Shown piece after piece: positions 1 through 7,029 of a DNA stretch of 23,108 nucleotides. Location of the stretch: the IMG/VR virus record IMGVR_UViG_2944808559_000001, positions 1 through 23,108 of that record. One strand, 5' to 3'. How positions within the stretch are numbered: position 1 is the first letter of the stretch; every line of letters begins with the position of its first letter. The DNA comes from a virus (taxonomy: Duplodnaviria; Heunggongvirae; Uroviricota; Caudoviricetes). A program made the position numbers and the translations under genes. The notes under the pieces were generated by a model. That model did no database searches. It was given only the letters and a program-made list of their open reading frames with translations, and was not told the DNA's origin.

Positions 1-711
1 CTAGGGATACCAGCACTGCTCGTGCACGATCCGCTTCTTGATCCGCTCCCACAGGCTCTCGCTCGCGCGCCTGGCCTGTTCATTCTTGTCTTCACCCGTT
101 TGAATCCGCCGATGCAGGAACGCAACCAGATCGGCCGCTTGGATGAGGCGACTGGCATGCGAAGGGGCGAAATGCAGGGTGTCGACGATGCGCTCCAGCT
201 TGCGGTCCCGCCAGCCGCCTGTCCCCGTGGTCTGGTAGTCCCTCAGATCCTTGCGGTACTCCCCCTGCTGGCCACCCTCATCGGCGATGATCAGCGCATA
301 CTCATCACGCTCGGCGGCATGATCGTGGATTCTCTCCAAGAGGTGTGAGAGCACTACCTGGTGCGGCGGGTACGGTGTGGCATACCGAGCCCGCTGTCGC
401 TTCGAGTCCATGCCACGGATGATGATGGCAACGTCGTGTTCGGCAATCGCCTGAAAAGCGTCGTTGAAGACGCCGATCCGGGCCCGGACCAGTCCATGGA
501 GAGGCTCCCAGTCCTTCTTGCCATGAAGCAGATCCGTGCCATGAAGCTCGGCATCTCGCTGGATGCGCCCGTAAGAGTTCCACGCCTTGAGAACCACCTC
601 ATCGAGGGCACGGGTCAGAGGAATGGCCTGGTCGTCGGGAACCAGGAGGGCCGCCATGTAGTAGCGGTCCGACGAGTAGCTCTCGTCCACGTAGCTCAGC
701 AGCACGTTCAT
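1..711 (-). CDS. DUF3800 family protein (RNase H-like fold predicted)
   Basis: N-terminal (L)SYVDES motif, central IIADE and C-terminal SRLIQAADLVAF are the typical acidic motifs of DUF3800. The stop is TAG at 1-3. The start is probably ATG 711 or GTG 705, not 792. Confidence 0.8.
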   Translation of the reverse strand: MNVLLSYVDESYSSDRYYMAALLVPDDQAIPLTRALDEVVLKAWNSYGRIQRDAELHGTDLLHGKKDWEPLHGLVRARIGVFNDAFQAIAEHDVAIIIRGMDSKRQRARYATPYPPHQVVLSHLLERIHDHAAERDEYALIIADEGGQQGEYRKDLRDYQTTGTGGWRDRKLERIVDTLHFAPSHASRLIQAADLVAFLHRRIQTGEDKNEQARRASESLWERIKKRIVHEQCWYP

Positions 712-822
712 AGAGTGGCAGATTCGTGCGTTAGTGTCGCGCGGGACGAAAGCGACGAAACGCTTCCTACTACCTGTACCGGCGACGCTCACGCGAAACT
801 TGGGTCAACTTCTACCTCCGAC

Positions 823-925
823 TGCCCACCGGATGGCTGGGCATATGCTAGCGGCTGCTCGCTTGAGTGTGTCCTCCACTAGGACACGGAAACAGCCTCG
901 ACGTCCTCCAGCTAGCGGGGCTGTT
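823..925. ncRNA. Candidate structured RNA or cis element upstream of DUF3800 (three consecutive hairpins)
   Basis: Stems TGCCCA/TGGGCA (823-843), GTGTCCT/AGGACAC (869-887) and AACAGCCTCG/CGGGGCTGTT (891-925, one G-U). GTCCTCCA is repeated at 871 and 903. Confidence 0.35.
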
Positions 926-984
926 CGGCGACGAAGTCGACATCCTGACGTAACAGCGCCACGCCCTGTATTGATTGGCAGTAC

Positions 985-2421
985 ATGGGTGAGGTAGAGA
1001 AGCCAAGCCAGGATCGACAGGTAAACAGTCCTCCGCCAAACCGGGGGGTCTTGCCGAGCCTGCGACTGATGGGGATCGGGCGGGCGCTCTCGTTGGTGAC
1101 TGGGGCTTCAGTAGTGCTGCTGGCCGTGCTTGTCATCGGCGGGCTGACGTTGCTCGGAGTACGAGGCTTGAAGCCGGAGGCGCAGCTCAGCGCCGCAACG
1201 CTGTTCGACCTACTGAAGATCGCGTTCGCGGTGGTGGCCGGGTTGGGTGGCCTGGTGGCCTTGGTGGTGGCCTACCGGCGTCAAAAGGTCGCCGAAGCCG
1301 CCCAGCGGGTGAGCGAACGCAGCGAGGAACGCGCGCACTGGGCCGAACAGCGTGAGGCCACCAAGCTCCACAATGACCGCTTCGCCACCGCGGCCGGGCA
1401 ACTTGGTCATGACTCACCCGCAGTCCGCCTGGCGGGCGTGCACGCGCTGGCCGGGCTAGCCGACGACGCGCCCACCCGCGAGCTCCGCCAGACCTGCATC
1501 GACGTACTTTGCGCGTACCTGCGCATGCCGTACGCCCCTGACCCGGGCAGGGATGCCGCCGAGGACGACCGGCTGACCTTCGCCGGACTGCGTGAGGTCC
1601 GCCACACCATTATCCGGCTCATCACCGTCCATCTCCGCGAGAACGCCCCAGTTTCCTGGCAGGGGCACGACTTCGACTTCACTGGCACCGTCTTCGACGG
1701 CGGCGACTTCACCAGCGCAGTGTTCTCCAGCGGAGAAGTCTCCTTCCGGAATGCGACCTTCTGCGGGCGCGAGGTGATGTTCTGGGGTGCGAAGTTCTCC
1801 GGCGCCCGCGTCCTCTTCCATGAGGCAACTTTCTCCTATGGAGAGGTGTACTTCGCCGATGCTGCATTCGCCGGCGGACGCGTGTCCTTCAATCGCGCGA
1901 AATTCTCCGGTGGCGTGGTCTCCTTCGACGCCGCAGTGTTCTCCGACGGCGAGGTGAGCTTCCCCGCAGTGACGTTCTCCGGCGGCATCGTAGGTTTCGA
2001 GGCCGCGACATTCTCTGGCGGCCAAGTCTCCTTCGCGCCCGACACGCAGTTCTCAGGCGGCAGGGTGAGTTTCGACCACGCCATGTTCTCTGATGGCAGA
2101 ATTTTCTTCACCAGGGCAAACTTCTCCGATGGTCAGGTCTCCTTTCGCCATGCCAAGTTCACCGGCGGCCGATGCACCTTCAAGGACTCTACGTTCTCTG
2201 GCGGTGAGGTTTCCTTCGACAAGGCGACCTTCTCAGGCGGCCGGGTTGACTTGAGCGATGTGCGTCTCTCGATGGCGGCGCCGGTCGGGCTGCCGGTCCC
2301 CAGACCGCCCGGTCTGCTGTTGCCGCACGGGGACGCCGCGGCAATCGCTGCTGTTCCGAGCTCGAGGGATCAGGAGGCGGGAGAGGGCCTCGTCGAGGAC
2401 CGGGAAGAAAGATCGGAGTGA
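985..2421 (+). CDS. Membrane-anchored pentapeptide-repeat-like protein
   Basis: Two N-terminal hydrophobic segments, then the conserved actinobacterial block LG..SPAVRLAGVHALAGLADD..RQTCIDVLCAYLR, then 15 tandem AxFSGGxVSFxx repeats. The start could be downstream (e.g. MGIGRAL). Confidence 0.85.
   Translation: MGEVEKPSQDRQVNSPPPNRGVLPSLRLMGIGRALSLVTGASVVLLAVLVIGGLTLLGVRGLKPEAQLSAATLFDLLKIAFAVVAGLGGLVALVVAYRRQKVAEAAQRVSERSEERAHWAEQREATKLHNDRFATAAGQLGHDSPAVRLAGVHALAGLADDAPTRELRQTCIDVLCAYLRMPYAPDPGRDAAEDDRLTFAGLREVRHTIIRLITVHLRENAPVSWQGHDFDFTGTVFDGGDFTSAVFSSGEVSFRNATFCGREVMFWGAKFSGARVLFHEATFSYGEVYFADAAFAGGRVSFNRAKFSGGVVSFDAAVFSDGEVSFPAVTFSGGIVGFEAATFSGGQVSFAPDTQFSGGRVSFDHAMFSDGRIFFTRANFSDGQVSFRHAKFTGGRCTFKDSTFSGGEVSFDKATFSGGRVDLSDVRLSMAAPVGLPVPRPPGLLLPHGDAAAIAAVPSSRDQEAGEGLVEDREERSE
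1717..2259 (+). repeat. 15 tandem in-frame 36-nt (12-aa) repeats, consensus AxFSGGxVSFxx
   Basis: Units read directly from the translation, AVFSSGEVSFRN through ATFSGGRVDLSD. One unit has 13 residues. Confidence 0.9.
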
Positions 2422-2425
2422 CCAA

Positions 2426-2477
2426 ACACCAAAAGGGCCCTCACCGTCCGTGCAGACGGCGAGGGCCCTTTTGGTGT
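2426..2477. terminator. Probable bidirectional intrinsic terminator
   Basis: Perfect 17-bp inverted repeat ACACCAAAAGGGCCCTC/GAGGGCCCTTTTGGTGT with an inner CCGTC/GACGG stem, between the + strand repeat gene and the convergent holin relic. Confidence 0.8.
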
Positions 2478-2481
2478 CACG

Positions 2482-2690
2482 CTAACGCTGTCGAGCGGCA
2501 GGCCGGGCCTGGCGGTGTGCTTGGCCACGTACCCGGACACGTACGTGATCAGGCCGGGCAGCAGTGGGACCGTGAGCGTCTCCAGCCAGTCGGGCAGCCA
2601 GGCGATGAGATCGAGGTCGGCGGTGACGGTCTGCAGGACGGGCAGGACCGCGAGCAGGCCGAGGCACGCGGCGCCCGTGATCTCTCGCGG
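2482..2690 (-). pseudogene. 5'-truncated, frameshifted holin copy
   Basis: Translates to LGLLAVLPVLQTVTADLDLIAWLPDWLETLTVPLLPGLITYVSGYVAKHTARPGLPLD, clearly homologous to the holin at 5401-5658. There is no start codon before an in-frame TAG upstream, and a 1-nt deletion near the 3' end (CTCGA-CAGCGTTAG vs CTCGATCAGCGGTAG). Confidence 0.85.
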
Positions 2691-2731
2691 GCTGGATCGG
2701 TCGCCAACGCGAACGCCGGTACGGGGCGTAG

Positions 2732-2778
2732 AACCTAGCTAGGTTGAACTCTAACTAGGGCCTAGTTAGAGTTAGAGT
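2732..2778 (+). promoter_or_regulatory. Sigma70-type promoter with overlapping palindromic operator(s); probably a leaderless padR transcript
   Basis: TTGAAC (2744-2749), 17-nt spacer, TAGAGT (2767-2772), 6 nt, then ATG 2779. A 14-bp palindrome AACCTAGCTAGGTT lies at 2732-2745 and a 13-1-13 perfect inverted repeat at 2747-2773. Confidence 0.7.
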
Positions 2779-3108
2779 ATGGCCAAGACGCCACGCATGA
2801 CCATCCCTACACAGCTCGTGCTCCGCGCCCTGCTCGAAGACCCCACGCGCGAGATGTACGGGCTGGAAATTTGCCACATCGCCGGCCTCGCGCCCGGCAC
2901 AATCCATCCCATCCTTGCCCGCTTCGAGGGAATCGGCTGGCTGGAGTCCCGTTTCGAGGACGTGGACCCGCGCGAGGCGGGGAGGCCCAGACGTCGTTAC
3001 TACCGGCTCGCATCCAATGGCGCCGAGAAAGCACGCCTCGCGTTGGACAATGCTCAGGCTAAAGTGCCGAAGATGCGGCGCCTAGGCCTGGCGGGCGGTG
3101 CAGCATGA
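2779..3108 (+). CDS. PadR-family transcriptional regulator (short subfamily)
   Basis: YGLEI...GTIHPILARFE..GWLES......GRPRRRYYRL winged-helix signature; 109 aa. Confidence 0.92.
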   Translation: MAKTPRMTIPTQLVLRALLEDPTREMYGLEICHIAGLAPGTIHPILARFEGIGWLESRFEDVDPREAGRPRRRYYRLASNGAEKARLALDNAQAKVPKMRRLGLAGGAA

Positions 3109-3986
3109 GCGACCCAAACGCCGCCCTCGCCCATGTTGAGAAATGCGCGCGTTCCCTAAGCTTCTCCATCTGGAACATCCGCTTCGGGTTTGAGAATGAG
3201 GAGCTCATATCCGAAGAAATGTACGAGCAACACATGTGGAGTCTGCCCCACATCGAAGGTAAAGCTCGCTCCGTCATCGACAGCATCAAGTGCACCTCAC
3301 TTCCCGGAGATCCTCGCCTTAAAAGAGCGATGGCCCTCATGCGACTGCTGGCCGACGGGGGCTTCGACAACAAAAGTCTCGCCCGAAAGTACAGAAACTA
3401 CCGTGACGTCGAAGCGGACATAGGCGCTTTCGTCAAGTATCTGGCTGAGCTGCAGCCCGTGGCCTTAACCTCTCGCGAACACCAACAGGAATTGCCGCCC
3501 TCGGCAGTACAAGAACCGACCGAGCGGCCGTCCGTGGCAATCGCCCGTCCGGCGGCTCACCTCGTGAGACTTATTGCAAGATTACTGCCTGCACAGCATC
3601 GGACCCGATATCAAGAAGAGCTTCGTGCTGAGTTGTACGAGTTGGCTCAAGCAAAAGCCACAACACTACTTCTAGTGCTTTACTCCCTCCAGCAGTTGCG
3701 GCGGGTGTGGCAGCTTCGGGCGGCCCTCCAGACGCCCGACCGGCCGCGCTTCTTTCGGCTTCACCGTTTGGCGTGCCACATCCTTGCGACAGATACGCGG
3801 ACCTGGGGCGTCCTCGGACCGCTGATGGCCCTTGCGCTGGTGAACGTCTTCCAGGAGCAGGGTTGGGGCTCTGCGCTCTATACGATCCCCGGCGTCGTGT
3901 TGTTCTACGCGGGCGTGGAAGAACTGCGCAAGCGTTGGAATGTGAAGGTTAAACGCTGGGGCGGGTCACGCGAGGCACGTATGTGA
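3105..3986 (+). CDS. PadR-coupled membrane protein with an extra N-terminal domain
   Basis: ATGA overlap with padR. Contains a RLLPAQHRTRYQEELRAEL helix typical of PadR partners and two C-terminal hydrophobic segments. Confidence 0.7.
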   Translation: MSDPNAALAHVEKCARSLSFSIWNIRFGFENEELISEEMYEQHMWSLPHIEGKARSVIDSIKCTSLPGDPRLKRAMALMRLLADGGFDNKSLARKYRNYRDVEADIGAFVKYLAELQPVALTSREHQQELPPSAVQEPTERPSVAIARPAAHLVRLIARLLPAQHRTRYQEELRAELYELAQAKATTLLLVLYSLQQLRRVWQLRAALQTPDRPRFFRLHRLACHILATDTRTWGVLGPLMALALVNVFQEQGWGSALYTIPGVVLFYAGVEELRKRWNVKVKRWGGSREARM

Positions 3987-4017
3987 CCAAGCCGCGCGAA
4001 CCATCCGCCGGACATGA

Positions 4018-4056
4018 GGAAGCCCTGTACACCCTAATGAGGTGTACAGGGCCTCC
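4018..4056 (+). terminator. Hairpin after the padR operon (possible terminator without U-tract)
   Basis: Perfect 12-bp stem GCCCTGTACACC/GGTGTACAGGGC (4022-4052) with a 7-nt loop, extendable by GGA/TCC. Confidence 0.55.
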
Positions 4057-4149
4057 AGATGAGTAGGGACAAGTTGCTCGACCTTGGGTAAGGTGAGTTG
4101 TGGGGCCCAGCCTGTTCCCTGGACCGGACGTTCGGCCGAGGCCCACAAG

Positions 4150-4180
4150 GACGGCTCCCCTAGAGGGGGCCGTTCGTCTT
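4150..4180. terminator. GC-rich hairpin followed by GTCTTT on the + strand
   Basis: GACGGC-T-CCCC-TAGA-GGGG-GCCGTT stem-loop between convergent transcription units. Confidence 0.45.
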
Positions 4181-4240
4181 TACGAAGTCGATGATCAGCC
4201 GGATCATCTGGCCAACGGCGTGGATCGCGATGATGATCAT
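4160..4240 (-). CDS. Candidate 26-aa amphipathic peptide MIIIAIHAVGQMIRLIIDFVKTNGPL
   Basis: ATG 4240 to TAG 4160, below the length cutoff of the ORF track. The frame is open upstream to an ATC at 4300 that follows GGGGGTGA at Shine-Dalgarno distance. Confidence 0.35.
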   Translation of the reverse strand: MIIIAIHAVGQMIRLIIDFVKTNGPL

Positions 4241-4265
4241 GTTCGTGCGCTCATCGGACTTCCGC

Positions 4266-5111
4266 TTACGTGGCCTCCACGACCATTTCTTCTTCTTGAT
4301 CGTTTATCACCCCCTCTCCTGACGAGCCGGCCTGCAGCCGACGGGTGCCGGGGGCATGACGGAACGGGTCCGCCAGCTTGTAGGTATTCGCCAAGGTGTA
4401 CCCCATGGGGGCGTTCGGCGCCTTGATGTGCCGTTCTCGAACCTCTACCAGTCCGAGATTCCGTAGCTCCCGATAGCCTCGTTCTGCGGTATCGGGAGAC
4501 CAGCCGTACCACTCCGGGAATCTCTCGGAGGGGACCGAGGACCAGGCCGGGAGTGTCATGAGGACCAGCAGCATGACCAAGCCGGGCAGCTTCAGTCGAG
4601 CGTCCAGCTCTTCGGTCCAAAAGTCGTGGTGCAGCTGGAGGTAGCCATCCTTATTCCCGGCGCCAGGCCTGGTGTATGGCTCGCCACTTCCGTCTTCTTT
4701 CAGCAGAGTCGCAGCCACCTCCTTCCGGCCGGGTCTCTTCACCTCAATCAGCGCACGCCGTTCGAGCCGGTCGAAGACCTTGGCCGCCGAACCCAAAGCT
4801 GCCGCCCATGTGGATGTGCCTGACGTCGTCCCGAAGCAGCGCGCCCACACGTGCGGGTCCAACCTGGTGGTCCAGCCATCCGAGTTCTCCGCGCTGGTGA
4901 GGGCGAGGATGAACAAATAGCTCAATAGACCACGGTGATCGCCGTTGCGCGCGAAGGTGGCCAGCACGCTGGAGCGGGTCTCCGAACCTCTGGGCTTCTG
5001 CACGAAGCCCCAGCGCAAAGGCACTGCCCTGCGAGTGGCCCTCGCGAGGTAGTGGAGCCTCGTCTCATGGGGAGTGGCCGCGAACGACGGCTGCGGGTCG
5101 GTGCTGTGCAT
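4266..5111 (-). CDS. Hypothetical protein, putative tandem winged-helix DNA-binding protein
   Basis: Two helix-turn-helix-wing-like segments (AAKVFDRLERRALIEVKR and PDTAERGYRELRNLGLVEVR). The start is ambiguous (ATG 5111, ATG 5129 or 5147). The fold call is inference. Confidence 0.65.
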   Translation of the reverse strand: MHSTDPQPSFAATPHETRLHYLARATRRAVPLRWGFVQKPRGSETRSSVLATFARNGDHRGLLSYLFILALTSAENSDGWTTRLDPHVWARCFGTTSGTSTWAAALGSAAKVFDRLERRALIEVKRPGRKEVAATLLKEDGSGEPYTRPGAGNKDGYLQLHHDFWTEELDARLKLPGLVMLLVLMTLPAWSSVPSERFPEWYGWSPDTAERGYRELRNLGLVEVRERHIKAPNAPMGYTLANTYKLADPFRHAPGTRRLQAGSSGEGVINDQEEEMVVEAT

Positions 5112-5191
5112 GCCACAAGTAAACGGCATACCAAATGCCCGGAGCAACCGAAATGGTGATCCCTATGAAGGCGTTTCAGCGGGTGCTTTGA

Positions 5192-5251
5192 CAGACCTAT
5201 GCCATACCTAATGCAAGAACCCCTGGTAGAACCGGTGAGAGAACCAACCAG
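5192..5251 (+). repeat. Short direct repeats: AGAACC x3 at exact 12-bp spacing, preceded by ACCTA(A)TGC x2
   Basis: AGAACC at 5216, 5228 and 5240; CAGACCTATGC and CATACCTAATGC immediately before. Confidence 0.55.
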
Positions 5252-5347
5252 TACGCAATCGGGCGCGCACGTCTCACTGGACCAGCGCAACGAAACCGTC
5301 GCTACGGAGACAGCTGCGCCCAATGGCCCAACCCCGAGCGCGCGGAG

Positions 5348-5382
5348 AGCCCCCATCCCGCTGCAACACGGGGATGGGGGCT
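5348..5382 (-). terminator. Probable terminator of the late/lysis operon
   Basis: Perfect 12-bp stem AGCCCCCATCCC/GGGATGGGGGCT just downstream of the holin stop. Confidence 0.7.
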
Positions 5383-5400
5383 TCCACGCCGGCTTTGGAG

Positions 5401-5658
5401 CTACCGCTGATCGAGTGGCAGGTCATGTCGGGCGGTGTGCTTGGCCACGTACCCCGCCGCGTACGTGATCAGGCCGGGCAGCAGCGGAACCGCGAGCGAC
5501 TCCGCCCAGTCGGGCAGGAAGGAGATGAGGTCGAGGTCGGCGTTGACGGCCTGCAGGACGGTCAGGACCGCCAGCAGGCCCAGGTAGGAGCCCGCGGTGG
5601 CCGCGGTGACCTTCCGCTCGACCGGCGGCTTGCTGTAGCTGATGGGCTCTCCGTGCAT
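5401..5658 (-). CDS. Putative holin (85 aa)
   Basis: GGAGGAAGCC-ATG at 5658. Sequence PVERKVTAATAGSYLG..., two hydrophobic segments and C-terminal GYVAKHTAR, in the lysis cassette. The longer 173-aa call in the ORF track is probably an upstream artefact. Confidence 0.75.
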   Translation of the reverse strand: MHGEPISYSKPPVERKVTAATAGSYLGLLAVLTVLQAVNADLDLISFLPDWAESLAVPLLPGLITYAAGYVAKHTARHDLPLDQR

Positions 5659-5731
5659 GGCTTCCTCCAATAAGGGTCCGGACATGCGAAAGCGCCCACC
5701 CATCTGGGCGGACGCCGTGGTGTCGGTTCGA

Positions 5732-6229
5732 TCAGTTGCTCTCGTCAATCCACCCCGGCAGGCGGCCTTCCAGGCAGCCGGGGGCCTGCCACAGCGTGCG
5801 GCCCACCCGTTCGACGGCGTCGTTGGAACGCGGCCGGGAAGGACACGACCAGCCGCCGCGCGGCGCTCGCACCGCGACCGGCTCCCACCCGGACGCCCGC
5901 AGCGACGCACCATCCTCGTCATCGCGCGTATACGTGATCATCCGCTGGTAGCCAAGCGCCCGCCCGGCCCGCCAGGCCGCCCCGTATAACAGGCTGCAGG
6001 CGTTCGGGGTGCCGTCCGTGGCCAGCCTCGTCACCTCCAGCACGCGGCCGGTGTCGTAGTGGCGCGCGACCGGACGCCCAACGATCGCCACCCCGACCAG
6101 AACCCCCTCGATCGCGGCGCCGACCGAGAACTTGTGGCCGATCGGCGGCCGCAAGTGCCGGTGCACGCCGGCGACGAACGCACACGCCTGCCCGAAGCTC
6201 ACCGGCACGAGCTCCAGCCCGCCCCTCAC
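5732..6229 (-). CDS. XF1762-family protein (GNAT/Mom-like fold inferred)
   Basis: GTG start overlapping the endolysin stop (GTGA). Motifs AFV..HRH..P.GHKFS, GVAIVGRPVAR, LEVTRLATDGTPNACSLLYGAAWRA, GASLRASGW. Confidence 0.8.
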   Translation of the reverse strand: MRGGLELVPVSFGQACAFVAGVHRHLRPPIGHKFSVGAAIEGVLVGVAIVGRPVARHYDTGRVLEVTRLATDGTPNACSLLYGAAWRAGRALGYQRMITYTRDDEDGASLRASGWEPVAVRAPRGGWSCPSRPRSNDAVERVGRTLWQAPGCLEGRLPGWIDESN

Positions 6230-7029
6230 TTCGCGGGCGGCTTCCACGACCAGGTGATGTCCCACGTCTCCTCGTCGATGACGCCGGTCGGCTTCAGCCC
6301 GACCGCCTCCTGGTACCGCTTGCACACGGCCGTGGACTGGGGGCCGTAGATGCCGTCGACGTCGATCGTCCAGCCGCGCTTCTTCAGCTTGTACTGCCAG
6401 GCGTGGACGTCGTTGCCCTGCATGTACGGGTCGTCCAGCTTGATGACGCGGCCTGGCCAGACGGGGACGCTGTCCTTGTAGACGACCCGGATGGGCTTGT
6501 CCATCGGCTTGTCCGGGCGCGGAGCGCCCGCCTTCACCCACGCATACAGCGGCCCGCCGGGGCACGAAGTGGCGTAGCCGTCGCGGTGGCCCTTGATCTC
6601 GTTCCCGGCGTCGCCCTTGTCGCGCAGGTACTCGATCGCGTCCCGCAGGGCGTGCAGCATGGCGTCGTTCGGCTTGGTGAACCCGCTGGAGCCGACCAGC
6701 GCCAACACCGCGTAGTGCGCCGAATTCAGGCCGGCCCCATTCGCGGCCGGCAAGTGGTGCGCGCCGCGGCCGATGAACACGTACCCGTGCGCGCAGCAGA
6801 TCAGGTTGTAGCCGATGTCGATGTACTTCTCGCCCCGGCCGCCGTCCATGTGCATCTGCTGGACCTGGTGGACGAGCTGGACGCACGCCTTGTGCTTCTT
6901 CGACCCGGCGATGTCGGCGGGCACCGGCCCGCCGGTGTAGTGGATTTTCACGCCGCGCGTGGAGGAGACGCGGCTGTAGGGGCCGGTCGGAGACGCGGCG
7001 TTCCAGGTGGCACGCGAAACCTGCTTCAA
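6226..7029 (-). CDS. Endolysin: N-acetylmuramoyl-L-alanine amidase (Amidase_2/PGRP-like) with C-terminal peptidoglycan-binding domain
   Basis: IHYTG, DIGYN and GHRD..ATSCPG zinc-amidase motifs; C-terminal DGIYGPQST..V..YQ...L..TG.ID PG_binding_1 signature. TTG start at 7029 follows GAGGTGA and overlaps an upstream TGA. Confidence 0.92.
   Translation of the reverse strand: MKQVSRATWNAASPTGPYSRVSSTRGVKIHYTGGPVPADIAGSKKHKACVQLVHQVQQMHMDGGRGEKYIDIGYNLICCAHGYVFIGRGAHHLPAANGAGLNSAHYAVLALVGSSGFTKPNDAMLHALRDAIEYLRDKGDAGNEIKGHRDGYATSCPGGPLYAWVKAGAPRPDKPMDKPIRVVYKDSVPVWPGRVIKLDDPYMQGNDVHAWQYKLKKRGWTIDVDGIYGPQSTAVCKRYQEAVGLKPTGVIDEETWDITWSWKPPAK

Noticed and set aside
735-760. Stem GTCGC/GCGAC followed by GAAA (also GAAAC and CTGATG in the 17153-17317 spacer), suggesting a hammerhead ribozyme
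   Set aside because: The CUGAUGA core is missing or not placed correctly relative to the stems.
1717-2259. Regular 36-nt periodicity as a possible CRISPR array
   Set aside because: The repeats are degenerate, in frame, lack spacers and encode a protein solenoid; no cas genes are present.
5199-5468. 89-aa + strand ORF MPYLMQEPLVEPVREP
   Set aside because: No clear RBS, it runs through the terminator hairpin and into the holin antisense strand; kept only as a repeat observation.
5732-6886. 384-aa version of the XF1762 ORF, suggesting a long overlap or fusion with the endolysin
   Set aside because: The first ~220 residues are an off-frame reading of the amidase gene; a GTGA-coupled start at 6229 explains the real protein.
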